Positions 47,274-57,250 of a stretch of DNA of 64,000 nucleotides are shown one piece after another. The first letter of the stretch is position 1. Every line of letters begins with the position of its first letter. Position numbers and translations under genes: made by a program. The stretch is from an uncultured Bacilli bacterium (lineage in GTDB: Bacteria; Bacillota_I; Bacilli_A; RF39; UBA660): assembly GCA_947624505.1 (NCBI GenBank), contig CANQKO010000002.1, forward strand, positions 10,097-74,096. The letters run 5' to 3'. The notes under the pieces were generated by a model. The model ran no database searches. It was not told the DNA's origin and saw only the letters and a program-made list of their open reading frames with translations.

Positions 47274-48225
47274 CTACTTTTTCTAAAAATTCGCTTTCTA
47301 AACTTTTATGATGATGTTTTAACTTACAAACATCAACTTCTTCTAGAAAACCTTGATCAATTATCAAAATACGGTCACAAATATTTTCTATTTCTGATAA
47401 GATATGACTGCTTATTAAAATGGTAGTATTTTCTTTTTGATTAATTTTTTGTAAAACCATTCTAAGTTCATTTATACCAATGGGATCAAGACCATTCGTG
47501 GGTTCATCTAACAAAAGCAGTTTGGGTTTTTTAATTAACGCACATACAAGGCCAAGACGTTGTTTCATCCCAAGAGAATATTTAGCAACTTTTTTATCGA
47601 GATCTTTAGCCAAATTTAATTCTTTAACTATTTTTTCTATATAATTTTGATCGGTAATATTATTAAGTAAAGAAACAATTTTGATATTATCTCTTCCCGA
47701 TAAATTTAAATAAAAGGCAGGATTTTCAATAATAACGGCAATTTTATTCATTATCTTTTCATAATCTTTAGATATGTATTTATTAAAAAGTTTAATTTCA
47801 CCTTTTTGAATTTGACAAAAATTAATTATACTTTTAATTAAAGTTGTTTTACCAGCCCCATTCTTTCCAATTAAACCAACTATTTCGCCTTCATAAATAT
47901 CTAAATTAATATTATTAAGAACTTGTTTTTTACCATAACTTTTACATAAATCTTTTATAGCAATTACTTTATTTAATTTTGAATAATTTTTATCTTTTTT
48001 CTTATAATCATATTCACCATTTAAAAGTTCATTAACAGTCACATTAAATATATCGGCTAAAAATGGTAAATAAGATATATCAGGAATATTAATACCTCTT
48101 TCCCATTTAGAAACCGAATTATCAGAAATATTTAATTTTTCAGCAATATCTTTTTGCGTTAAGCCTTTTTCTTTTCGTAGTTTATAAATAAACTTGCCAA
48201 TTTTTTCTTGATCCATTTCTATCAC
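47251..48225 (-). CDS. XRE-HTH::ABC transporter ATP-binding protein fusion
   Basis: N-terminal LTQKDIAEKLNISDNSVSKWERG HTH, then Walker A GKNGAGKTT, ABC signature LSLGMKQRL and Walker B LLLLDEPTNGLD. Confidence 0.8.
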   Translation of the reverse strand: MIEMDQEKIGKFIYKLRKEKGLTQKDIAEKLNISDNSVSKWERGINIPDISYLPFLADIFNVTVNELLNGEYDYKKKDKNYSKLNKVIAIKDLCKSYGKKQVLNNINLDIYEGEIVGLIGKNGAGKTTLIKSIINFCQIQKGEIKLFNKYISKDYEKIMNKIAVIIENPAFYLNLSGRDNIKIVSLLNNITDQNYIEKIVKELNLAKDLDKKVAKYSLGMKQRLGLVCALIKKPKLLLLDEPTNGLDPIGINELRMVLQKINQKENTTILISSHILSEIENICDRILIIDQGFLEEVDVCKLKHHHKSLESEFLEKVGVTDDNI

Positions 48226-48361
48226 CTAGCAAAATCATAGCATAAATATTTCTATTTCGCACTGACTTATTAAGTCATTTATTTTTTTATTAATATTATC
48301 ATTAATTGTGGTCAAAATAATAATATAGTGCTAAAATATCTTTGAAATAGGAAGTGATTAT

Positions 48362-50317
48362 GTGTTTGAATTAGTATCAAAATATAAACCCAGTGGTGAT
48401 CAACCTAAAGCCATAAATGAATTAGTTGAGGGTATTAAAAATGGTAAAAAAGAACAAGTTTTACTGGGAGCAACGGGAACAGGTAAAACTTTTACAATAG
48501 CTAATGTCATTAAAGAAATAAATAAACCGACTTTAGTTTTAGCCCATAATAAAACGCTTGCCGGTCAGCTTTATAGTGAATTTAAAGAATTATTTCCAAA
48601 CAACCACGTTGAATATTTTGTTTCTTATTATGATTATTACCAACCAGAAGCATATGTTCCATCAAGTGATACATATATTGAAAAAGATGCCTCAATTAAT
48701 GATGAGATTGATGAACTTAGACATAGTGCTACATCAGCTTTAATAAATTATCGTGATGTAATTGTGGTGGCTTCCGTTTCTTGTATTTATGGTATTGGCG
48801 AAAAAGATGAATATGAAAAAAATATGTTAGTTTTATCACTTGGTGATACAGTAAATAGAAATAATATTATTAATAAATTAGTTGATATGACTTATGAACG
48901 AAGCGATTTAGATTTTCACCGGGGTACCTTTAGAGTAAGAGGTAATTCTATTGATATAATTCCTGTTAATGAAAAAGAGAGTGGTATTAGAATTGAACTT
49001 GATGATGATAAAGTTGATTCAATAACCGTTTTTGATCCTCTTACCGGAGCTATTAAAGAAAGTAAGAAAACAATTGCTATTTCTCCTGCTTCCCACTTTG
49101 TTACTAGTCCAGAAAAAATGGAAGAAGCCATAAGAAGAATTGAAAAAGAATTAGATGAACGTATCAAATATTTTAACGAAAATGGTAAATTTATCGAAGA
49201 ACAAAGAATTAAAGAAAGAGTTAATTACGATTTAGAAATGCTTAGAGAAACAGGTTATTGTAATGGGGTTGAAAATTATGCAAGACACTTAGCTTTAAGA
49301 GAAGAAGGAGTTACTCCAACTTGTTTAATTGATTTCTTACCTAAAGACTATTTACTTGTTGTTGATGAATCACACGTTACTCTTCCCCAAGTAAGAGGAA
49401 TGTATAATGGCGATCGAATGCGAAAACAAACTTTAGTTGATTATGGCTTTCGTCTTCCCTCCGCTCTTGATAATAGACCTCTTAAGTTTCCAGAATTTGA
49501 AAGCAAAATAAATAATGCCATTTATGTATCTGCTACCCCAGGAGATTATGAACTTGAAAAAGTAAATCATAAGGTAGTAGAACAAATTATTAGACCTACT
49601 GGTTTACTTGATCCAATTATTGAAGTAAGAAAAACGGAAGGTCAAATAGATGATATAATTGCAGAAATTAATCAAAGAATTAAACTCAATGAAAGAGTTT
49701 TAATCACTACTCTTACAATTAGAATGAGTGAAGAATTAACCAACTACTTAAAAGAAATGAATATTAAAGTTGCATACCTTCATAATGAAATTAAGACTTT
49801 AGAAAGACTTAAAATTATTCACGATTTAAGATGTGGTATCTATGATGTTGTTGTTGGTATTAACCTTTTAAGAGAAGGTATTGATATTCCAGAAGTTAGT
49901 TTAATATGTATTTTAGATGCTGATAAACAAGGTTTCTTAAGAAGTGATCGTTCTTTAATTCAAACGATTGGTCGATGTGCAAGAAACGCCAGTGGTAAAG
50001 TAATAATGTATGCAGATACGATAAGTGAGGCAATGAAAATTGCTATTGAAGAAACCGAAAGAAGAAGAAAAATTCAAGAAGAATATAATAAAGAAAATAA
50101 TATTATTCCTAAAACGATTGTGAAAGATATTAAAGAAGTTATTTCTAATAATATAACGGAGACAAAGAAAAAGACTAAGTTAAGTAAAAAAGAGACTGAA
50201 AGTATGTTAATAAGAATTGAAGAAGAAATGAAAAATGCCGCTAAAAATTTAGACTTTGAAAGAGCTATGGAACTAAGAGATATATTATTTGAACTTAAAG
50301 GAGATATAAAGAAATGA
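48362..50317 (+). CDS. uvrB: excinuclease ABC subunit B
   Basis: GATGTGKT Walker A, helicase motifs, and a C-terminal UVR domain ([11 protein letters not shown]); 651 aa. Confidence 0.95.
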   Translation: MFELVSKYKPSGDQPKAINELVEGIKNGKKEQVLLGATGTGKTFTIANVIKEINKPTLVLAHNKTLAGQLYSEFKELFPNNHVEYFVSYYDYYQPEAYVPSSDTYIEKDASINDEIDELRHSATSALINYRDVIVVASVSCIYGIGEKDEYEKNMLVLSLGDTVNRNNIINKLVDMTYERSDLDFHRGTFRVRGNSIDIIPVNEKESGIRIELDDDKVDSITVFDPLTGAIKESKKTIAISPASHFVTSPEKMEEAIRRIEKELDERIKYFNENGKFIEEQRIKERVNYDLEMLRETGYCNGVENYARHLALREEGVTPTCLIDFLPKDYLLVVDESHVTLPQVRGMYNGDRMRKQTLVDYGFRLPSALDNRPLKFPEFESKINNAIYVSATPGDYELEKVNHKVVEQIIRPTGLLDPIIEVRKTEGQIDDIIAEINQRIKLNERVLITTLTIRMSEELTNYLKEMNIKVAYLHNEIKTLERLKIIHDLRCGIYDVVVGINLLREGIDIPEVSLICILDADKQGFLRSDRSLIQTIGRCARNASGKVIMYADTISEAMKIAIEETERRRKIQEEYNKENNIIPKTIVKDIKEVISNNITETKKKTKLSKKETESMLIRIEEEMKNAAKNLDFERAMELRDILFELKGDIKK

Positions 50318-51072
50318 AAGCACTTATAACTGGGGCATCTTCAGGCATAGGAAGAGATATGGCCAGGTATTTAGCTACATTAAATGTTGATTTAATACTG
50401 GTTGCCAGAAGAGAAAATTTATTAATAGATTTGCAAAAAGAATTAAATGTTAAAGTAAAAATTATTCCTCTTGATTTAAGTATTAAAGAGAATGTTTATG
50501 AATTATATAAAAACATAAAAAATGATAATATTGATATTTTAATTAATAATGCTGGTTTTGGTTTATTTGGGGATTTTACGGAAACTGATTTAGATACCGA
50601 AATAAAAATGATTGATGTTAATATTAAGGCACCCCATATCTTAACCAAATTATGCTTAAAAGATATGGTAAAAAAAGATCAAGGATATATTTTAAATGTA
50701 GCATCAAGTGCAGGATTTATGGCTGGTCCTCATTTAAATACTTATTATGCTACGAAAAATTATTTAACTAAACTTTCAATGGCTATTAATGAAGAATTAA
50801 GATGTAATCATAGTAAAGTCGTTGTGTCTTGTTTATGTCCAGGTCCAGTTGATACGGAATTTAATAAAGTTGCTAAAGGAACATTTGCGACCAAAGAAGC
50901 TAAAAGTAGTTACGTAGCAAAATATGCAATAGATAAAATGTTTAAAGGTAAAATGATTATTATTCCTACTTTAAAAATGAAATTAGCTATCTTTGGGATT
51001 AGATTTATTCCCTACCGTTTACAACTTATTATTGCAGGCCATATCCAAAAGCGAAAAACAAAAAATAGCTAG
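50314..51072 (+). CDS. SDR-family oxidoreductase
   Basis: TGASSGIG cofactor motif and a Y-x3-K catalytic pair (YYATK); overlaps the uvrB stop. Confidence 0.8.
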   Translation: MKALITGASSGIGRDMARYLATLNVDLILVARRENLLIDLQKELNVKVKIIPLDLSIKENVYELYKNIKNDNIDILINNAGFGLFGDFTETDLDTEIKMIDVNIKAPHILTKLCLKDMVKKDQGYILNVASSAGFMAGPHLNTYYATKNYLTKLSMAINEELRCNHSKVVVSCLCPGPVDTEFNKVAKGTFATKEAKSSYVAKYAIDKMFKGKMIIIPTLKMKLAIFGIRFIPYRLQLIIAGHIQKRKTKNS

Positions 51073-51095
51073 GTTCATTCTAACTATTTTATATT

Positions 51096-51130
51096 GAAAA
51101 TTTTTGCCGTTTACGGCACTTTTTTTCAAT
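51096..51130. repeat. ~35-bp direct repeat (copy 1) containing a terminator hairpin
   Basis: TTGAAAATTTTTGCCGTTTACGGCACTTTTTTTCA is repeated identically at 52370..52404. Confidence 0.85.
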
Positions 51131-51132
51131 CA

Positions 51133-52330
51133 TTAATTCAAAATATTTTTATTAAGTAAAAATTCTTTTAAACCAATAATTTCTATTCCCTCTTCGTTAA
51201 CCCAAGATTTTATATCATCTTTAACTACAATTATTTTTTTAAAATTATCATTTATATTAATTAACGATTTTTCTTCTTGAATAGTTTTTTCTCTTGTTTC
51301 AAGCCCTAAACAAACTTGAATATAATATTTTTTATTTCCTTCATTGCAAATAAAATCAACTTCTAATCGTTTTCTTTTATCCCCTTCTCTAATTTCAACA
51401 ACTCCAACATCAACATTATATCCTCTTACTAAAAGTTCATTATAAATAATATTCTCAATTAAGTGATTTTCTTCCATTTGTCTAAAATTAAGTCGAGCAT
51501 TTCGAAGACCTAAATCAGCAAAATAATATTTATAAGGAGTATTAATATATTTTTTACCTTTCACATCATATCTTTGAACTTTTTCAATAATAAATGCATT
51601 TAATAAATAATTAATATAAGAATTTATTGTATTAATAGATACATTTTTTATATAAATATTGGCAATTTTATTTGCATTAGTATAAGAACCAACCGAAGAT
51701 GATAGAACATTAATTAATGAATCTAAAACATCTTTTCTCTGAATATTATTTCTTTCTATTATATCTTTTATATAAGTAGTTTCAAATAAATCAGTCAAAT
51801 ACTTTCTTTTTTGCTTGTCTGTTTTTAAAATTACCATATATGGTAGCCCACCATATAACAAATAATCATTAAAAGCACTATTAATATCACCAGTATAAAC
51901 ATCATAAAATTCACTAAAAGTTAGAGGAAAAATTTTAACTTCATCGCCTCTGCCTCTAAATTCTGTGACAATATCTGATGACAAAAATTTTGAATTAGAG
52001 CCAGTTACATAAACATCTAAATTTCTAATATGCAAAAAGCCATTTAAAACACTTTCAAAATCATCTACTTTTTGAATTTCATCTAAAAGAACATAATAAG
52101 TATCTTCATCTTTTATTTGTTCTAAAATATATTTTTCTAAAACATCAGGATTCAAAAATCCTTTATTTTGACGATCTTCTAAATCTATTTTTATAATATG
52201 ATCTTCTTTTATGCCAGTCGATAATAAATAATTTTTAAATATAGGATCTAATAAATATGATTTACCACATCTTCTTATCCCCGTTATTATTTTTATTAAG
52301 CCATTTTTTTTCTATCTATTAATTCATTTA
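51133..52330 (-). pseudogene. DUF4143 AAA-ATPase gene with a frameshift separating the Walker-A N-terminus from the body
   Basis: The 340-aa ORF lacks a P-loop. The upstream region, in another frame, encodes ...GIRRCGKS... The intact paralog at 55875..57167 has GARQTGKT. Confidence 0.55.
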
Positions 52331-52369
52331 AATAATACTCTCGTTTTATTTCTTTCATCTTTTCCTCCA

Positions 52370-52404
52370 TTGAAAATTTTTGCCGTTTACGGCACTTTTT
52401 TTCA
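52370..52404. repeat. ~35-bp direct repeat (copy 2)
   Basis: Identical to 51096..51130. Confidence 0.85.
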
Positions 52405-52498
52405 GTGTAATCCGAGCATACCTTAAATATCGATCCAATAAAATTACTTCTTCAAGACATTAATGGCTTTTTATAAAAAGAATGCTAATTTAATAAAA

Positions 52499-54553
52499 TT
52501 AACATTTCTTTTTTAATATTCTTGTTGTATTTAAAATAGTTAATAAAGTAACACCAGTATCAGCAAAGACAGCTTCCCACATTGTAGCAATACCAAAAGC
52601 ACTAAGAAGTAATACTAAGACTTTGGTACCAATAGCAAAAATTAAGTTTTGTTTAATTATTTTATTAGTTTTCTTAGATATCTTAATTAATTTAATAATA
52701 CTATCTAAATTATCATTCATAATAACAATATCACTTGCTTCGATCGCTGAGGCACTACCAATACTACCCATTGAAATACCTACTTTAGCTAAGGCTAGAC
52801 TTGGAGCATCATTAATACCATCACCAACAAAAGCAACATTACCATTATATTTATTAAGTTCACTATTAAGTAAATCAAATTTATCTTGTGGCAATAATTC
52901 ATAATGACACTCATCTATTCCTAATTTTTCACTAACACTTAAAGCGATATCTTTTTTATCACCAGTGAACATCATTGTCTTAATATCTAAGGCTTGTAAA
53001 TCATTAATAACTTCATAAGCATTATCTTTTAAACCATCATAAACATTTATTTTAGCTGCAACTAAATTATCAATAACCATATAAGTACCATCAATAAAAC
53101 CATCTTTTTTAACAAATTCTTTAGTACCTACCATTATCTTTTTCTTGCCTATATTATAACTAATACCTTCACCAGGATATTCTTTAAACTTAGTTATTTT
53201 TAAGTGTTTTGCATCTTTTAATTCTTTAACAATAGCTTTAGCAATGGGATGGTTAGAATACTCTTCTCCACTTACTAAATAAGCATTAATATCATCAATA
53301 TATCTTTCTAAGTCTAAATATTCTATTTCAATACTTTTATTATTTTCATCAGTTAGAGTACCGGTTTTATCAAAGATAATTTCCTTTATTTTAGAAGATG
53401 CTTCTAAATAATCACTCCCCTTTATTAATATTCCTTCTCTAGATGATGCCCCAATACCAGAAAAATATGATAAAGGAACCGAAATAGCAATAGCACAAGG
53501 ACAGGAAACAACTAGAAAAACCAAAGATCTGTAAATAGCGTCATTAAATGGCATCTTAAAAATAAGAGTTAAAACAATTGTTAAACTAATAGCAAGTCCT
53601 AAAATAATTGGTGTATATATTTTAGCCGCTTTGGAAACAAAATTTTCTGTTTTTGCTTTTCTATCTGTGGCATTTTCCACTAAAGATAAAATATTTGCTA
53701 CTGTACTATTTTCATAAGTTTTAGTAACCTTTAAAGTTAAGATATCAGAAGTATTAATACCACCAGATAAAACTAAATCATTAACTCCTACGCTTACAAG
53801 ACGACTTTCTCCTGTTAATGCTTTATTATCTATTTTACTCATTCCCTTAACAACAACACCATCTAAAGGAATTTTTTCACCCTTTTTAATTAAAATTAAA
53901 TCATCTATTTTAACACTTTCAGGACTAACTACTTTAATTTCATCATTTATTAATAAATTAGCATAATCTGGTTTTATATCCATTAGTTCACTTATTGATT
54001 TTCTAGAATTATTAACCGCAATACTTTCTAAAATCTTTCCTATTTCATATAAAATAATAACCATTAAACCTTCACTAATATTATTAGTAAAATAGGCCCC
54101 AATACAAGAAATACTTACTAATAGATTTTCATCAATATTAAAACTTTTTATTAACATTAAAATAGCTTTTTTAAGTACTCTAAATAATAATATCAAATAA
54201 GCTAATATTATAAATACTTCTTTAATTAAATTATTTTTAATAAATAAGGATATTATAAATAAAGTTATTCCTAAAATAAGTCTAGTAATATCAAAAATTA
54301 TTTTTTTATTATCTTTACTATTTAAATCTAATACTTTTACATCAGCATCCGTGGCTTTAACTGTCTTTTCAACAATTTTTTTAACGCCACTTTTAAGGGA
54401 AGTTTCAACATTTACTTCAAGCTTAGCAAAATTAACACTAGCACTTTTAATATTTTCACATTTATTTAGAGCTGTCTCAATTTTTCTGGCACAATTAGGA
54501 CAATCTAAATTACTTAATTTATATTTATACTTATAGTTCATTAATATGTTCAC
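52499..54553 (-). CDS. cadA: heavy-metal (Cd/Zn-type) translocating P1B-type ATPase
   Basis: N-terminal CPNCARKIE HMA domain, a CPC motif in TM6 (SCPCAIA), DKTGTLT, and GDGINDAP. Confidence 0.9.
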   Translation of the reverse strand: MNILMNYKYKYKLSNLDCPNCARKIETALNKCENIKSASVNFAKLEVNVETSLKSGVKKIVEKTVKATDADVKVLDLNSKDNKKIIFDITRLILGITLFIISLFIKNNLIKEVFIILAYLILLFRVLKKAILMLIKSFNIDENLLVSISCIGAYFTNNISEGLMVIILYEIGKILESIAVNNSRKSISELMDIKPDYANLLINDEIKVVSPESVKIDDLILIKKGEKIPLDGVVVKGMSKIDNKALTGESRLVSVGVNDLVLSGGINTSDILTLKVTKTYENSTVANILSLVENATDRKAKTENFVSKAAKIYTPIILGLAISLTIVLTLIFKMPFNDAIYRSLVFLVVSCPCAIAISVPLSYFSGIGASSREGILIKGSDYLEASSKIKEIIFDKTGTLTDENNKSIEIEYLDLERYIDDINAYLVSGEEYSNHPIAKAIVKELKDAKHLKITKFKEYPGEGISYNIGKKKIMVGTKEFVKKDGFIDGTYMVIDNLVAAKINVYDGLKDNAYEVINDLQALDIKTMMFTGDKKDIALSVSEKLGIDECHYELLPQDKFDLLNSELNKYNGNVAFVGDGINDAPSLALAKVGISMGSIGSASAIEASDIVIMNDNLDSIIKLIKISKKTNKIIKQNLIFAIGTKVLVLLLSAFGIATMWEAVFADTGVTLLTILNTTRILKKKC

Positions 54554-54824
54554 ATCCTAACTTAAATATTTTTTCCACGTGTTCATCAGCAAGGGAATAA
54601 TAAATACAATTACCCTTCTTTTTGTATTTGACCAATTTTGCTGACTTTAAAATTCGCAGTTGATGCGATACCGCTGATTGACTAACACCAATATTATTTG
54701 CAATTTCACATACACATAATTCATTATCTATTAAAGCATTGATAATTTTTACCCTTGTAGAATCACCAAATATTTTAAATAATTCTGATATATCAATTAT
54801 TTTATCTTCATCAATAAACTTCAT
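54531..54824 (-). CDS. cadC: ArsR/SmtB-family metalloregulator (CadC-like)
   Basis: ELCVCEIANNIGVSQSAVSHQLRIL shows the metal-binding CVC and the HTH; overlaps the ATPase start. Confidence 0.85.
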   Translation of the reverse strand: MKFIDEDKIIDISELFKIFGDSTRVKIINALIDNELCVCEIANNIGVSQSAVSHQLRILKSAKLVKYKKKGNCIYYSLADEHVEKIFKLGCEHINEL

Positions 54825-54844
54825 ATTTTTACTCCTAACTATAT

Positions 54845-54880
54845 GAATACTTGTTCACATATACATATTATCACACTATT
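54845..54880. promoter_or_regulatory. candidate CadC/ArsR operator upstream of cadC-cadA
   Basis: Imperfect dyad ATATGAATACTTGTTCACATAT (core TGAA-N6-TTCA) within 30 bp of the cadC start. Confidence 0.3.
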
Positions 54881-55224
54881 TATTATATGTAAAGAATATA
54901 AATTATGTTTTACATTAAAAATGTTTTTTATCTAAAAAAATCACATTAATTATTTATTTTAAAAGGAACTAGTTGTTACCGGACAATTAAAAAAAATTAT
55001 TTGAAAACATTGCTTTATAATTTTATTTATGATATATTCTATTTGACAGGTACTTAATGTATGCTGATGCTACCAGTGCGTCCGGTAGCATTCCAGACTG
55101 ATGGACAATAAATATTTCAGAAACCGCAAGGCTATTGCAGATAATAGTCCAGGACCAAATTAGTTATTTAGAGAAGTATATTATATTGTTTAATGTACTT
55201 CTCTTTTTATTTCAGAGGGTTATA

Positions 55225-55848
55225 ATGAAAAAAGATTTAAATAAAATTATGAAAAAAATTAATATTAAAGACTATTCTTTAAAAGAAATTGCAACGTATT
55301 TTGAAAATTTTAACAATTCAACAATTATTATTAAAACTAATAAAAGAACTATAAATTTTAAAATTAACAGCGCAATTTTACCACACTTATTAGGTATTCA
55401 GCACACTCTATTAAATAAAAAAAATAGACAAATTTTAGGTAAAAATGGATTTATAAAACTTATAAACAATGAATATACTTTGCAGAATTTAAAAAGCGAT
55501 TTTCAAAAAATTAAAAAATTATATTTATACGATTACTCTATAAGTAGAATCGAATACTTACCAATGTTTTTTAATACTTTGGAAAAATGCAAAACAATTA
55601 AAATAATGGACAAAAATAAATTTATTAGAAACTCTAAATTAAAAGGGAACTATGCTTTATATAAAATTGTTAAAGATCATAATAAAACTATTTACCCACT
55701 ATTAACTTTAAAAAAAATAAACTCTAAAACAACAGTTATCGAAACTTTTATTATTGAAAAAGATATTAGTTTAATTGGAGCATTAGAAACAGAAAAAATA
55801 ATAGAAATAAAATTGCTATCCTCAAGCCAAAAATATATCCATAATTAA
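55225..55848 (+). CDS. hypothetical protein
   Basis: Start chosen at ATG 55225 with an AGAGGG RBS; no recognisable motif. Confidence 0.4.
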   Translation: MKKDLNKIMKKINIKDYSLKEIATYFENFNNSTIIIKTNKRTINFKINSAILPHLLGIQHTLLNKKNRQILGKNGFIKLINNEYTLQNLKSDFQKIKKLYLYDYSISRIEYLPMFFNTLEKCKTIKIMDKNKFIRNSKLKGNYALYKIVKDHNKTIYPLLTLKKINSKTTVIETFIIEKDISLIGALETEKIIEIKLLSSSQKYIHN

Positions 55849-55874
55849 AGAGAAGTTTTTTATTTACTTCTCTA

Positions 55875-57167
55875 TTAATCGATACAAAAGACAGCATACA
55901 ATGGTACTGATTTAATATTATTTTCTAATCCAAAATTTTTAGATGATATTCTAATGCTATACTTAGGTTTATATTTAGCTATATATTCATTTAAACTTTT
56001 ACTACTAGTTCTTCTTCCACTTTTTACTTCTACAGGGATGACTTCTCCATCTATTTTAATTAAAAAATCTATTTCATATTTTTCAAAATTATAAAAGTAT
56101 AATTCTCTGCTGTGAGGATATAACTCACACGCTATATAGTTTTCTGTCAAAACACCTTTATACATTTCATTTTTATCTAGCATTATTTCACTATAATCTA
56201 AGTTAGATAATGCTCTAAGTAGACCTACATCACTTAAATACAATTTAAATTTATCAGGATTAGCAAAAGCTTTAAATGGCGATTCATTTTTTTCTATTAA
56301 ATCACATCTTATTACCAAATTACTAGCAATTAACCATTCAAGACTAGTTTCGTATCTAATCTTTCTAGCATCCTTATCTACTATACTATATTTAAAAGTA
56401 TTATTTACTCTTGCTAATTCCTTTGGTATAGCATTATATATTTTCATATTTTTAATACTTTCACTATTTTCCGTATACTTATTCATATCAGCTAAATAAG
56501 AAGTTATAATTTGTTCTTGTAACTCAAAGTTCACTTTAGCAATATCACAATCATTATTTATAAAGTTATTAATAACTGCCGGCATTCCCCCTAAAACTAA
56601 ATATTTTTTATATAAAAGAAGAGCTTTTTCGTGAATAGAATTTACTACAGCTTCATTAGTAATATAATGTTTTTTTATTTCCTCAATCAGTTTCCTTTCA
56701 CCTAAAGCTATCAAGTATTCTTCAAAATCCATTGGATATAAATATTTAATAGTTACTTTACCAACCGGAAAAGAAGATTTAAATCTATTTATTTTTACTC
56801 CTAAAAGAGAGCCAGCACAAACTATTTTGTAAGGCTTTTCACTTTCGCAGAAATATTTTAAAGATGCTATTGCTCTTTCACTTACTTGGATTTCATCTAA
56901 AAAAATTACTGTATCTTCAGGATTAAAATTTACATTTTTGATAATTTCTATTTTTTCTATTATCGTATCAGGATCAATAGTTTCTTTAAAAATTTCACAT
57001 ATATTTTCTTCTTTGTCCAAATTAATATAAATGAAATTTGAAAAATTTTTTTGACAAAATTCACTTAAAATATAGGTTTTACCCGTTTGCCGTGCTCCGA
57101 TTAACATAAGAGGCATCTTAAAATCCTTTTGCCACTTTTTTAATTCTTCCTCTATTTTTCTATACAT
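55875..57167 (-). CDS. DUF4143-domain AAA ATPase
   Basis: LMLIGARQTGKTY Walker A, DEIQ Walker B, and a C-terminal DUF4143-like region; 430 aa. Confidence 0.75.
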   Translation of the reverse strand: MYRKIEEELKKWQKDFKMPLMLIGARQTGKTYILSEFCQKNFSNFIYINLDKEENICEIFKETIDPDTIIEKIEIIKNVNFNPEDTVIFLDEIQVSERAIASLKYFCESEKPYKIVCAGSLLGVKINRFKSSFPVGKVTIKYLYPMDFEEYLIALGERKLIEEIKKHYITNEAVVNSIHEKALLLYKKYLVLGGMPAVINNFINNDCDIAKVNFELQEQIITSYLADMNKYTENSESIKNMKIYNAIPKELARVNNTFKYSIVDKDARKIRYETSLEWLIASNLVIRCDLIEKNESPFKAFANPDKFKLYLSDVGLLRALSNLDYSEIMLDKNEMYKGVLTENYIACELYPHSRELYFYNFEKYEIDFLIKIDGEVIPVEVKSGRRTSSKSLNEYIAKYKPKYSIRISSKNFGLENNIKSVPLYAVFCID

Positions 57168-57250
57168 ATTTGCACCTCTAAATATATTTTAGCATTTTTC
57201 GTACAAAATGTACATATTTTTTATTAATTTTCGTGCAAATTGTACGAAAA

